Both the position numbers and the translations under genes were made by a program. Shown here one piece after another: positions 27,061-37,152 of a DNA stretch of 64,000 nt (its first letter is position 1; every line of letters starts with the position of its first letter). The stretch comes from Eubacteriales bacterium (GTDB lineage: Bacteria; Bacillota; Clostridia; Oscillospirales; CAG-272). The notes beneath the pieces were generated by a model. It saw nothing but the letters and a program-made list of their open reading frames with translations, made no database searches and was not told the origin of the DNA. The stretch spans positions 6,835 through 70,834 of the forward strand of contig JAZMZG010000013.1 in assembly GCA_045585835.1 (NCBI GenBank), given 5' to 3'.

Positions 27061-29211
27061 TTAAATATCTTTCATCGTAAGGGAAATTCGCATTTTTGCT
27101 TTATCGACGGCAAGTATCTTTACGTTTACAACGTCACCGACCTTGAGCATTTCGGATGGATGTTTGATAAATTTATTGCATATCTGTGAAACGTGTACGA
27201 GCCCGTCCTGATGGACGCCGATATCGACGAATGCGCCGAAGTCGATGACGTTTCTCACTGTGCCCTTCATTACCATACCTTCTTTAAGGTCGTCAATTCC
27301 AAGTACGTCTGTGCGGAGCATAGGGGGAGGGAGCTCGTCTCTTATGTCACGTCCCGGCTTCATAAGCTCCTTCACTATATCGCTTAACGTCGGAACACCT
27401 ATTCCTATCTCAGAGGCTATTATGTCTGCGCCCTTTTCCGAAACTCTCATTTCAAGCTCGCCGAGAGTGCCATTTTTTACGTCTTTCTTGGTATAGCCGC
27501 AAATTTCAAGCACCTTTTCTGCTGCCGCATAAGATTCGGGGTGAACGGAGGTCGCATCAAGCGGCTCTTTGCCTTCCGTTACTCTCAAAAATCCCGCACA
27601 TTGTTCATATGCTTTGGGGCCGATTTTCGCCACCTTTTTAAGCTCTGCTCTTGACTTAAACGCACCGTTTTCCTCTCTGTAAGCGACGATATTTTTACTC
27701 GTTACCGCAGAAAGTCCCGCAATATGCTCAAGAAGCGGTGCGGAGGCGGTGTTTAGGTCTGCACCAACGGAGTTAACACAGCTTTCGACTACGCCGTCAA
27801 GCGTTTCCGAGAGCCTTTTTGGAGGCATATCGTGTTGATACTGTCCTACACCTATAGCCTTGGGGTCTATCTTTACAAGCTCTGCGAGAGGGTCTTGCAA
27901 GCGTCTTGCGATAGATACGGCGCTTCGCAAGGTGAGGTCAAATTCGGGCATTTCCGCCGCAGCAAGCTTTGATGCGGAGTATACGGACGCGCCTGCCTCG
28001 CTTACGACCATATAAGCAACGCTGCCGTCGAATTGCTTTATTACCTCGGCTGTGAATATCTCGGTTTCTTTCGATGCCGTACCGTTACCGATAGCGATTA
28101 TCTGTACGCCGTATTTTTTAATTTTATCTGCAAGAACGGTCTTTGATTTTTCTATTTGCTCTTTGGAGTGAGTGGGGTAGATGACCGCAGTATCTAAAAC
28201 TCTGCCTGTGGGGTCAATGACGGCAAGCTTACAACCTGTTCTGTAGCCGGGGTCAAGACCTATTGCTACTTTGCCTTTTACGGGAGGCTGCATGAGAAGC
28301 TGACGGAGATTCGTTCCGAATAAGGCAATAGCCTGCTCGGAAGCGGCGTCGGTAAGCTCGTTACGTATCTCTCTTTCGACCGAAGGGAATATAAGTCTGT
28401 CGTACGCGTCACAGCCTGCGGCGAACACTGCTTCAGAGCAGGGATTTGAGCCCTTTACGTGAAGCGACTTTATAACCGTAAGCTGTTTTACGTTATTTAC
28501 TTCGATCTTGACCTTCAAAAACTCCTCGTCTTCACCTCTGTTCAAGGCAAGTACACGGTGATGCGCTATCTTGCTTATAGGCTCTTTGTAGTCGTAGTAA
28601 TTTGTGTATACGCTTTCCTTTTCTTTATCGACCGCTTCGGAAACTAAATTGCCGTTTAGCCTTATAAGGTTACGTATGCGTTTTCTGCATTCCGCATCAT
28701 CGGAGATGTTTTCGGCGATTATGTCAAGCGCGCCCTGTAAAGCATCTTCGGCGCTTTCAACGCCAAGTTCTTCGCTTATATATTCCTTTGCAAGTTCTAT
28801 GGGTGTTACGTCTGTTTCCTGTGCGTATATCGTAAGCGCAAGGGGCTCAAGTCCTTTTTCTCTTGCGACGGAAGCTCTTGTTTTTCTCTTCTGCTTGTAA
28901 GGACGGTAGATATCCTCTATTTCCGAAAGTATCTGCGCCTTGTCAAGAGCTTCATTTATTTCATCGGTAAGCTTTCCGAGTGCGTCTATTGAGCCTCTTA
29001 TTTCTTCTCTTCTCGTATCAAGACTGCGAAGGTATGCGAGCCTTTCGACGATCTCTCTTATGAGCTGATCGTCCATCGAGCCGTGCATTTCTTTACGGTA
29101 TCTTGCGATAAAGGGAATGGTATTGCCCTCGTCAACGAGGGCAATTATGTTTGATATATGTGTTTCGTTTTTTGAAAATTGTTCTGCGAGTTTATTTGCG
29201 TAGTTTGTCAT
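27061..29211 (-). CDS. tex: Tex-like transcription accessory protein (YqgF/HhH/S1 domains)
   Basis: About 716 aa. N-terminal NTIPFIARYRKE and C-terminal S1 domain (GTVRNVIDFGAFVDIGVHQDGLVHVSQ). ATG 29211 has SD GAAGGA, and the track start 29226 is a TTG. Confidence 0.92.
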   Translation of the reverse strand: MTNYANKLAEQFSKNETHISNIIALVDEGNTIPFIARYRKEMHGSMDDQLIREIVERLAYLRSLDTRREEIRGSIDALGKLTDEINEALDKAQILSEIEDIYRPYKQKRKTRASVAREKGLEPLALTIYAQETDVTPIELAKEYISEELGVESAEDALQGALDIIAENISDDAECRKRIRNLIRLNGNLVSEAVDKEKESVYTNYYDYKEPISKIAHHRVLALNRGEDEEFLKVKIEVNNVKQLTVIKSLHVKGSNPCSEAVFAAGCDAYDRLIFPSVEREIRNELTDAASEQAIALFGTNLRQLLMQPPVKGKVAIGLDPGYRTGCKLAVIDPTGRVLDTAVIYPTHSKEQIEKSKTVLADKIKKYGVQIIAIGNGTASKETEIFTAEVIKQFDGSVAYMVVSEAGASVYSASKLAAAEMPEFDLTLRSAVSIARRLQDPLAELVKIDPKAIGVGQYQHDMPPKRLSETLDGVVESCVNSVGADLNTASAPLLEHIAGLSAVTSKNIVAYREENGAFKSRAELKKVAKIGPKAYEQCAGFLRVTEGKEPLDATSVHPESYAAAEKVLEICGYTKKDVKNGTLGELEMRVSEKGADIIASEIGIGVPTLSDIVKELMKPGRDIRDELPPPMLRTDVLGIDDLKEGMVMKGTVRNVIDFGAFVDIGVHQDGLVHVSQICNKFIKHPSEMLKVGDVVNVKILAVDKAKMRISLTMKDI

Positions 29212-29215
29212 AAAT

Positions 29216-29887
29216 TTATCCTTCAACTATATCTTTAACAGAATTGTAAATGTCGGCGAATATATCCTCTACCGAGCGAGGTTTGCCGTTTTCAAAGCAA
29301 ACGATGCGCTTCCACCCCAGAAGCTCGCACGCAAATTGTGCCGCTTCGTAGCTTTTGTAGAGATGGCTGTGGTCTTTTTCGTGTATGTCTTGTGCGCGCC
29401 CCGTATTTTCCGTGCGCTTGTTCATAAGCTCTATTGCGATGTCGGGGTGCATATCGAGAAACAAAGTTGATGCAGGCTTCGGAATACCGAGCTTTCCGAA
29501 TTCGAAATCGTAAAGCCACTTTGCAAAATCTGCCCAACCGGACTTGTCCATTTTAGACATTTGGTGTAAGGCGTTTGCGCTCGTGTAACGGTCAAGCAGT
29601 ATTATGTCGCCGTTTTCGTAAAATTCACGCCATTCGGTCTTAAACGAAATATATCTGTCTACGGCGTAGAAAGCTGAAGCGGCATAAGCGTTGGTATCTT
29701 CGGGACGTGTTCCGAGAGCACCCGAAAGATAGATCTTTACGGCACTTGAGCTATCTTTTTCATACCGGGGAAAATCGAATGTATGGAAGGTTCTGCCGTC
29801 GGCTTTAAGCTTTTCCGCAAGCATTCTTGACTGCGTACCCTTTCCCGAAGCATCAAGTCCTTCGAGAACGATTATTTTATTTTGCAT
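29216..29887 (-). CDS. Thymidylate kinase-family protein (type I/eukaryotic-like FPRY signature)
   Basis: P-loop LEGLDASGKGTQ, FPRY....S..KIYL and LLDRYT motifs. Its start overlaps the thyX stop by 11 nt. Confidence 0.7.
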   Translation of the reverse strand: MQNKIIVLEGLDASGKGTQSRMLAEKLKADGRTFHTFDFPRYEKDSSSAVKIYLSGALGTRPEDTNAYAASAFYAVDRYISFKTEWREFYENGDIILLDRYTSANALHQMSKMDKSGWADFAKWLYDFEFGKLGIPKPASTLFLDMHPDIAIELMNKRTENTGRAQDIHEKDHSHLYKSYEAAQFACELLGWKRIVCFENGKPRSVEDIFADIYNSVKDIVEG

Positions 29888-30644
29888 TTAGAGAGTCCGA
29901 CCTTTCTCTGATTTCTGTCATTTTACCGCAGGACATTTTACCTTCTCTGCAAGCGCCCTTTATGCAAGAAGGACCCGCCTTTGCGAAAAGAAGGGGGGAA
30001 ACTTCTCTGCAGAGCCCAAGCATCTGCCAAGCAAGCTCCTTTATCTCCCATTGCGCTCTGTTGCAGCAACGCAAATTGAAGAAATTGTACAAAGAGCGGA
30101 CGTTCATCGTCATAATTATTCTCGTATCGCAGGAGTTGGGGAGCACGAAACGAGCGTCCTCGTTTGCAATCTTTTCCGCCGTTTTTTGTGCGGTCTTCTC
30201 GTCAACGCCGCTTTCGATAAGGCGTTTTTTCTCTGTTTCGGTAAGTATCTGGCAAAGCTTATCGTAGACCTCGGCGTCCTTTTGCATAGCTTCAAGATAC
30301 ACCTTCATAGCTTCTTCGTTTGCGGCGATAGCGGGAGGCGTTATGTACTCGAAATTGCTTTTTCTCACGTACCTTTGGCTTTGCACGGAGAATGATGCGA
30401 TACGGTGGCGTGTTATCTGCGCAAGAAGCGCTCTCGATACGCCTTCAATGCCGAAAGTGAAAGATGCGTGTTCAATGGGGCTTTCGTGCCCAAGGCCCGA
30501 AAGCGTGTTCAAAAACGAATCTATTTTTTCTTCCGTAAGATTATCCATAAGGCTTCCGATGTCGCTTTTTGCATAGCAGAGTTTTGCGGCGGCGGCTATG
30601 AGCTTGTCCGGATTTTCCGTGTGAGTGAGTAATTCGACTTTCAT
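29877..30644 (-). CDS. thyX: FAD-dependent thymidylate synthase ThyX
   Basis: ThyX signature RHRIASFSVQSQRY. ATG 30644 is preceded by GGAGG, and the track start 30707 lacks an SD. Confidence 0.9.
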   Translation of the reverse strand: MKVELLTHTENPDKLIAAAAKLCYAKSDIGSLMDNLTEEKIDSFLNTLSGLGHESPIEHASFTFGIEGVSRALLAQITRHRIASFSVQSQRYVRKSNFEYITPPAIAANEEAMKVYLEAMQKDAEVYDKLCQILTETEKKRLIESGVDEKTAQKTAEKIANEDARFVLPNSCDTRIIMTMNVRSLYNFFNLRCCNRAQWEIKELAWQMLGLCREVSPLLFAKAGPSCIKGACREGKMSCGKMTEIRERSDSLNAK

Positions 30645-30844
30645 AAATAGTCCTCCGATATATTTTTCCAAGATAATTTTACCACATATAAAAGCAAATA
30701 TCAACATTCTTTGTTAAAAACTTTAATAAAAAATTACTGCAAAATACACAAAAACGCTTGATTTATTTTGTCAAAAGTTGTAAAATAAATAGGCGTGTTA
30801 ACTTTTAAAAAATGATTAAAATATAACAAACACGGGAGACAATT

Positions 30845-31825
30845 ATGAATTTCAGAAAAATCAAGATTATTACTACCCCTATGGGTACGGAGCTTCTTCC
30901 CGCAGAGCTTTTGGAGCTCGGCATAACGGGCTTTGAAATTGACGATGCGCCGAGCTTTGAGGAGTTTTTGAACGATAAAAGAGTTCCCTGGGATTATGTC
31001 GAAGAGGAGCTTTTGGAAAAAAGATACTGCGACAGCGCAGTCACCGTTTATCTGTGCGAAAACGAACAGGGCGAAAAACAGCTTGAGAGCATAAAAGCTA
31101 TTTGCAAAAGGCATATAGAAAACGGCGAAAGCGAGCTTTACGGAAGTCTTGAAATAGTCAGCGGAGAAGTCAAGGAGGACGACTGGGCGAATAATTGGAA
31201 GCAGTATTTTAAGCCCCTGAAGATAGGCGAAAAGATACTTATAAAGCCCTCTTGGGAAAATGTATCGAAAGAAGACGAAGAAAAATACAAGATAGTAAAA
31301 TTGGATCCCGGAAGCAGCTTCGGAACGGGACAGCACGAAACGACCAAGCTTTGCCTTGAGGTGTTACAGACAAAGAATACTGAAGGTGCAAAGGTACTCG
31401 ATATGGGCTCGGGAAGCGGCATTCTCACGATAGCGTCTATGCTTTTGGGCGCCGAAAGTGCACTTGCCGTTGATATCGACCAAAACGCTTGCGATATTGC
31501 AAGGGAAAACTTATCCTCAAACGGATTTGGCGAAGACAGGGTAAAAGTGCTTTGCGGCGATGCAACGTCCGATAAAGAGCTTTATGATGAGATAGTCGGA
31601 AACGGACAGTATGATATAATTCTTGCCAATATAGTTGCCGACGTGCTTTGCGCTATGACGCAGCTTTTCAATGCTTGTCTTAAAAAAGGCGGAGTTCTTA
31701 TAGCATCGGGTATCTTGGGCGAGAGGGTCGTGCAGGTAAAAAACACTTTTGCAAAAGCGGGACTTGAAATCGTTGAAGAGAAACTCGAAAATGAGTGGAG
31801 TGCCGTCACGGTAATTAAAAGTTAA
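30845..31825 (+). CDS. prmA: Ribosomal protein L11 methyltransferase
   Basis: DPGSSFGTGQHETTKLCLE and VLDMGSGSGIL motifs. Confidence 0.9.
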   Translation: MNFRKIKIITTPMGTELLPAELLELGITGFEIDDAPSFEEFLNDKRVPWDYVEEELLEKRYCDSAVTVYLCENEQGEKQLESIKAICKRHIENGESELYGSLEIVSGEVKEDDWANNWKQYFKPLKIGEKILIKPSWENVSKEDEEKYKIVKLDPGSSFGTGQHETTKLCLEVLQTKNTEGAKVLDMGSGSGILTIASMLLGAESALAVDIDQNACDIARENLSSNGFGEDRVKVLCGDATSDKELYDEIVGNGQYDIILANIVADVLCAMTQLFNACLKKGGVLIASGILGERVVQVKNTFAKAGLEIVEEKLENEWSAVTVIKS

Positions 31826-31985
31826 CAAAAAATCCATAAACAATCGCAAAAAAATCGTTTTATTGCTATTTAGATGCGTAAAACTATTGAATTTTTGGCT
31901 AAAATGCTTTATAATATTATATGATTGGTTTAATATTATCTTTTATGGGTATAATCGTATAAACCGCTAAACACAGGAGGTTAAA

Positions 31986-33071
31986 ATGTCAAATAGACTC
32001 TTTCAAGGTATCGTACATAAAATAGGTGAGAGCGTCACCGTAACAGTAGGTGTTATAGATGCCGCAGGAGAAGTTGTAGCCTGCAGCGATCTTTCGAAAA
32101 TAGGAGAAGTATATAAGAAAGTTGCCGACGATATTTCGTTCACGATGGACACTACCGTTTCCGAGGGAATGGTTTTGTGCCCCATAGGCAACCGCAGTAA
32201 AATGGAGTTTGCAGTTTTCGCAGTCGGCACGGACGAGCTTGCAAGAAACACGGTAGCTATACTTGCTATCGCTCTTGACAACGTTAAGACGTATTACGAT
32301 GACAAATACGACAAGGCAAATTTCATTAAGGGTGTTATCCTTGACAATATTTTGCCTACGGAGGTATATTCCAAGTCGAAGGAGCTCCGTTTTTCAGACA
32401 CACAGCCGATGGTGGCACTTTTTGTGAGATTTTCCAAAAAGCCCGACGTTATTCCTGCGGATGTGCTCTCAACTTTGTTTTCCGACAGAAGCAAGGATTA
32501 CGTTATAGGCATAAGCGAGCAGGACGTAGCTTTGGTAAAGAGCCTTTCATCGTTTGATACGGAAGAGGCGTATGCGGTTGCAAAGCAGATAATCGACACG
32601 GTTTCGGCGGAATTTTACGTAAACGTTGCTATCGGTGTCGGCTCGGTGGTAATGGGTATAAAGGACCTCGGTAAATCCTACAAGGAAGCGCAGATGGCGC
32701 TTGAGATAGGCAAGGTGTTCGATTCCGAAAAGACAATATCTACGTATGAAACGCTCGGTATAGGAAGACTTATCTACCATTTGCCCACGACTCTTTGCAA
32801 TATGTTTCTTAATGAAGTTATGAAAAACGGTTCCATAGATGCACTTGACAGAGAAACTCTCTTAACCATTCAGTGCTTCTTCCAGAACAATCTCAACGTT
32901 TCCGAAACCAGCCGTAAGCTTTTCATACATAGAAATACACTTGTTTACAGACTTGAGAAGATCAAGAAGCTTACGGGACTTGACCTTCGCGAATTCGAAA
33001 ACGCAATAACGTTTAAGGTTGCATTGATGGTTAAGAAGTGCCTTGCTTCCAAGCACTTGGGCGAAGAATAA
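31986..33071 (+). CDS. CdaR/PucR-family transcriptional regulator
   Basis: C-terminal PucR HTH (NVSETSRKLFIHRNTLVYRLEKIKKLTGLDLRE). The N-terminal region resembles a diacid-recognition domain. SD AGGAGG. Confidence 0.75.
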   Translation: MSNRLFQGIVHKIGESVTVTVGVIDAAGEVVACSDLSKIGEVYKKVADDISFTMDTTVSEGMVLCPIGNRSKMEFAVFAVGTDELARNTVAILAIALDNVKTYYDDKYDKANFIKGVILDNILPTEVYSKSKELRFSDTQPMVALFVRFSKKPDVIPADVLSTLFSDRSKDYVIGISEQDVALVKSLSSFDTEEAYAVAKQIIDTVSAEFYVNVAIGVGSVVMGIKDLGKSYKEAQMALEIGKVFDSEKTISTYETLGIGRLIYHLPTTLCNMFLNEVMKNGSIDALDRETLLTIQCFFQNNLNVSETSRKLFIHRNTLVYRLEKIKKLTGLDLREFENAITFKVALMVKKCLASKHLGEE

Positions 33072-33084
33072 ACGGAGAACGAAT

Positions 33085-33774
33085 ATGATAATATTGGATA
33101 ACGTTACGAAGGTCTTTCCCGGACAGTGCGTAGCCTTAAATAAAGTGAATCTTACCATAAACGACGGCGAATTCGTCTTTATGATAGGACGCTCGGGTGC
33201 GGGAAAGAGCACTCTTGCAAAGCTTCTCATAAGAGAAGAGAAGCTCACCGACGGAAGCATTATAGTAAACGGCGTGAATATTTCAAAGCTTCGTTCGGGC
33301 AAGGTATCTAAATACAGAAGAACTATAGGCTCGATCTTCCAAGAATTCAGACTGTTTAACGACAAGACGGTTTATGAAAACGTCGCTTTTGCTATGAGAG
33401 TCGTCGGTGAACCCGAAGCCAATATCAAAAAAAGAGTGCCTTGGCTTTTGGAACTTGTCGGACTTACCGATAAGGCGGAGCGTTACCCTACGGAGCTTTC
33501 GGGCGGTCAACAGCAGAGGGTTGCTATTGCGAGAGCTATTGCAAATAATCCCGATATAATTATCGCAGATGAGCCTACGGGAAACATTGACCCCGAAATG
33601 AGCATTGAAATAATGGAGCTTTTGTTCAGCCTTAATAAGCTCGGCAAAACGATAATAGTAATAACTCACGAGAGGGCGCTTGTAAATCATTATAAGCAGA
33701 GAGTTATCTCTATAAACAACGGCGAAGTGATTTCCGACAGAAACGGAGGCTACGACGATGAAAAAACGGTATAA
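33085..33774 (+). CDS. ftsE: Cell division ATP-binding protein FtsE
   Basis: GRSGAGKSTL Walker A, LSGGQQQRVAIARA signature, and Walker B IIIADEPTGNID. Followed by ftsX. Confidence 0.92.
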   Translation: MIILDNVTKVFPGQCVALNKVNLTINDGEFVFMIGRSGAGKSTLAKLLIREEKLTDGSIIVNGVNISKLRSGKVSKYRRTIGSIFQEFRLFNDKTVYENVAFAMRVVGEPEANIKKRVPWLLELVGLTDKAERYPTELSGGQQQRVAIARAIANNPDIIIADEPTGNIDPEMSIEIMELLFSLNKLGKTIIVITHERALVNHYKQRVISINNGEVISDRNGGYDDEKTV

Positions 33775-34663
33775 TATCGGATATTTTTTCTCACAGGCTG
33801 CAATCAGCACGAAGAGAAATTCTGCAATGACCGCCGCTTCTGTGCTTGTTTTGGTTGCGTGCCTTGTTATAATGGGCAGCTTTTCGCTTCTTATCTATAC
33901 CATAAACCGCAACTTGAGCAATTTATACACGGCAGATGAGATAATCGTTTATCTTACCGAAGGAAACAAGCTTGAAGACGTTAAGTCTAAGATAGAAACG
34001 GAAATCGGAGACGAGGTCACCGCCATAACTGCGGTTACGAAAGAAGAGGCGTTTGAGAATCTGAAAGAGGAGTATAAAGACCACCCCGAAATTTTTGATG
34101 CTATCGGAAGCGACAATCCTCTTCCCGATACTCTGTATATAAAATACAGAAACGGAATATCATCATTTGAAAAGCTTGAAAATTACATTGAAGACACTTT
34201 AAAAGAAGAAGAGCTCATCGAAGAAAAATGGGTATCGAGCTATGACGTTATCGAGCAGGTAGAGCAGCTTCGCAACGGTATAGTAAAGGTGTTTTTCTGG
34301 ATATGGGTTCTTGTGCTTATAGTCACCGTATTGGTCATCGTTAACACGATAAGGCTGTCCGTACACGCAAGAGCCGATGAAATAGAGGTTATGCGCTACA
34401 TAGGAGCTTCGAATTGGTTTATTACGCTTCCCTTTGTGCTTGAATCAATTTACGTTGCGCTTATTTCGACGGTCATAGCGCTTCCTATTCAATGGTACTT
34501 GTACCAATATCTGCTTTGCGGATTGCTTGAGGGCATTCCTTCCATAACCTTGCTTCCGGTTTCGGAACTTGCACTTTTCGTGGTTGTGGGATTTTTGGGA
34601 CTCGGCATTTTGATAGGAGTTTTTTCAAGCATACTTACCGTAAAGAAGTATGCGCGTAAATAG
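33758..34663 (+). CDS. ftsX: Cell division permease-like protein FtsX
   Basis: 301 aa. N-terminal TM, extracellular domain and C-terminal 3-TM FtsX domain. Overlaps the ftsE stop. Confidence 0.88.
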   Translation: MKKRYNIGYFFSQAAISTKRNSAMTAASVLVLVACLVIMGSFSLLIYTINRNLSNLYTADEIIVYLTEGNKLEDVKSKIETEIGDEVTAITAVTKEEAFENLKEEYKDHPEIFDAIGSDNPLPDTLYIKYRNGISSFEKLENYIEDTLKEEELIEEKWVSSYDVIEQVEQLRNGIVKVFFWIWVLVLIVTVLVIVNTIRLSVHARADEIEVMRYIGASNWFITLPFVLESIYVALISTVIALPIQWYLYQYLLCGLLEGIPSITLLPVSELALFVVVGFLGLGILIGVFSSILTVKKYARK

Positions 34664-34673
34664 GAGTAAATTT

Positions 34674-35882
34674 ATGAAAAAAACATTTAAAACGCTTGTC
34701 TGTCTTCTTCTTTGCTTTGCGCTTTTGATAGTTCTCGTTCCCGAAACGGCAAAGATCGATGTACAAGCAAAGACGGCGGCAGAGCAATCGCTTGAGGATT
34801 ACAAGAATTCGGTTAAGGATAAGAAAAACGAACTTGCCGATCTCAAGAAAGAATATGATGAACTTGAAGACCAAAAAGACGTACAGATTCAATTGAAGAT
34901 GAACCTTGAAGGACAGATGATATGTCTTGAAGAGGAAAAGTACTCAACCGAAAATCTTATTTCTGCATATGAAACGATGTATGAAATAAAAAATACAAAT
35001 CTCAAACAGCTTGAAAACGAGAAGGCTGTGACGTACGAGAATCTCAAGGCTACTCTTCGCTATAATTATATGTACGGCAAACAAACGACTTTTCAGCTTT
35101 TGTTTTCTGCCGAGAATATAATTAAATTTTTAACCAACGACGAGTATGTAAAGAGAATTCTAAACTACGATCAGGTACTTATAGAAGGTATTGAAGAGGA
35201 CACAAATAAAATTAAGGATATTACCGGCGAAATCAATTCGATGATCGCAGAACAAGAACAATACAAGGAAGATCTTGCCGGCATACAAAAAGAAATTGAC
35301 GATACCGCACTCAAAATCGACGAGTTGATTTTAGAGATCGAAGCAAGTATGCAGGAAAACGAGAGTCTTCAAGATGAAGCTAACGAAGCGATAAACTCAA
35401 TGAACTCTACTATTGAGAAGCTTCTTCAGCAGATAGCAAATGAAAGTCAAGGCTCATATACGGGCGGAGAGATGATGTTCCCGATTCCCGTATCTGCTTA
35501 CAGGAGAGTGAGCTCGGGATACGGATACAGAATAGATCCTATCACGGGAAAGAAGGGAGCCTTCCATTCGGGAGTTGATTTACCCGCATCAAGCGGCACG
35601 AAGATATTTGCGGCAGCCGACGGAACTGTAATTCTTTCCAAGTATTACGGCGGTTACGGAAACTGTGTAATGATCAATCACGGCGGCGGCATAGTTACTT
35701 TGTACGGACATATGAAGACCACACCGCCCGTAAAGGTCAATCAGAAGGTCAAAGCGGGTGACGTTATCGGATATGTCGGTACAACGGGAAGATCGACGGG
35801 CAATCACCTTCACTTTGAGGTAAGAATCAACGGAAGCCACGTTGACCCTATCGCAAAGGGATTCATCAAAACTCCTAAATAA
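34674..35882 (+). CDS. Coiled-coil M23 peptidase (EnvC/PcsB-like FtsEX-associated murein hydrolase or activator)
   Basis: Signal/TM N-terminus, a long coiled coil, and a C-terminal M23 domain (FHSGVDLPASSGTKIFAAADGTV...GNHLHFEV). Confidence 0.85.
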   Translation: MKKTFKTLVCLLLCFALLIVLVPETAKIDVQAKTAAEQSLEDYKNSVKDKKNELADLKKEYDELEDQKDVQIQLKMNLEGQMICLEEEKYSTENLISAYETMYEIKNTNLKQLENEKAVTYENLKATLRYNYMYGKQTTFQLLFSAENIIKFLTNDEYVKRILNYDQVLIEGIEEDTNKIKDITGEINSMIAEQEQYKEDLAGIQKEIDDTALKIDELILEIEASMQENESLQDEANEAINSMNSTIEKLLQQIANESQGSYTGGEMMFPIPVSAYRRVSSGYGYRIDPITGKKGAFHSGVDLPASSGTKIFAAADGTVILSKYYGGYGNCVMINHGGGIVTLYGHMKTTPPVKVNQKVKAGDVIGYVGTTGRSTGNHLHFEVRINGSHVDPIAKGFIKTPK

Positions 35883-35910
35883 AAGATAATATGGGACGGT
35901 TGCAAGATTT

Positions 35911-37152
35911 TTGTCTTGCATCCGTCCGTTGCAATTAAAGGTGGGTAATAATTTGAACAGAAAAATTACTGTCGGAACATCAATAGCTCTTATATTTTTT
36001 GCAGTTCTGCTTGCTTTTATGACTACTTACATTTTCTTGAATAAGAGTTATCAAAACAAGATGGATAAATATCTTGAATATTCCAATAAGTATGAAAAGC
36101 TCTATAACTTTGACAACATCGTCAGAGAAGAATATATTGGTGCGATCGACGATGATGCGGTTATAGACGGAATGCTTGACGGATACTTAAACGGGCTCGG
36201 AGATAGGTATTCGAACTATATGAACAGCGAAGAATACGGCAAGTACGAGCTTGAAATGTCGGGCAAGACAGTCGGCATTGGCGTCACCGTTCATTATAAC
36301 AGCGAAAAAACGGCGGTTGAGATAATATCGGTTGCCGATGATTCTCCTGCTCGTAGCGCCGGACTTCAAACGGGCGACCTCATAATCGGTGCGGAAGAAC
36401 TCACCGTGTCCGAGGACGGATACGACGCTGTCGTTGATGCTATTGCGGGCAAAGCGGGAGAAGCAGTAACGCTTACTGTCAAGAAGGCAGATACGGGACT
36501 TGTAACAGAGCTTTCGTTCGTAAGAGCAGAGGTAAGCTATAGCTCCGTATACAGCAGAATATATGCAGACCAAATAGGCATCGTTCAGATAACCGAGTTT
36601 AACCGCAGTACGCCCAATGAATTTAAAACTGTTATGGAACAACTTAAAACGGCGGGCATCAAGTCATACGTTTTTGACGTGAGAAACAATCTCGGCGGCG
36701 ACCTTGAGGCTATATGCGATGTTCTTGATTATTTGCTTCCCGAAGGGCCTATAGTAAGACTTGTGGACGCTGACGGAAACGAGAGAAAGAAAAATTCCGA
36801 TGCATCTTGCATCGAAGGCGATATATGCGTTTTAGTAAATAAATACACTGCATCTGCCGCAGAACTTTTTGCGGCGGCGATAAGAGATTATGAATACGGA
36901 ACGCTTATCGGTACGAATACCTACGGTAAGGGTACGGCACAGTCGATAAAGAAATTTCCCGATAATTCCGCACTCTTTATCTCAACCGAGCTCTATATGC
37001 CTCCTTTCGGAGAAAATTATGAAGGAAAGGGAATCGTTCCCGACGTTGTGTTGGAATATGAGGCAGGAGCAGACGGAAAAGAAGATAGCCAAACGCAAAA
37101 GGCTATCGATATGTTACTTGAACTTTTGAAGGCAGAGGAGGATGCGGAATGA
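35911..37152 (+). CDS. ctpA: S41-family carboxy-terminal processing protease (PDZ domain)
   Basis: PDZ (SPARSAGLQTGDLII) and S41 catalytic region (TASAAELFAAAIRD...GKGTAQS). The true start may be TTG 35953 after GGTGGG. Confidence 0.85.
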   Translation: MSCIRPLQLKVGNNLNRKITVGTSIALIFFAVLLAFMTTYIFLNKSYQNKMDKYLEYSNKYEKLYNFDNIVREEYIGAIDDDAVIDGMLDGYLNGLGDRYSNYMNSEEYGKYELEMSGKTVGIGVTVHYNSEKTAVEIISVADDSPARSAGLQTGDLIIGAEELTVSEDGYDAVVDAIAGKAGEAVTLTVKKADTGLVTELSFVRAEVSYSSVYSRIYADQIGIVQITEFNRSTPNEFKTVMEQLKTAGIKSYVFDVRNNLGGDLEAICDVLDYLLPEGPIVRLVDADGNERKKNSDASCIEGDICVLVNKYTASAAELFAAAIRDYEYGTLIGTNTYGKGTAQSIKKFPDNSALFISTELYMPPFGENYEGKGIVPDVVLEYEAGADGKEDSQTQKAIDMLLELLKAEEDAE

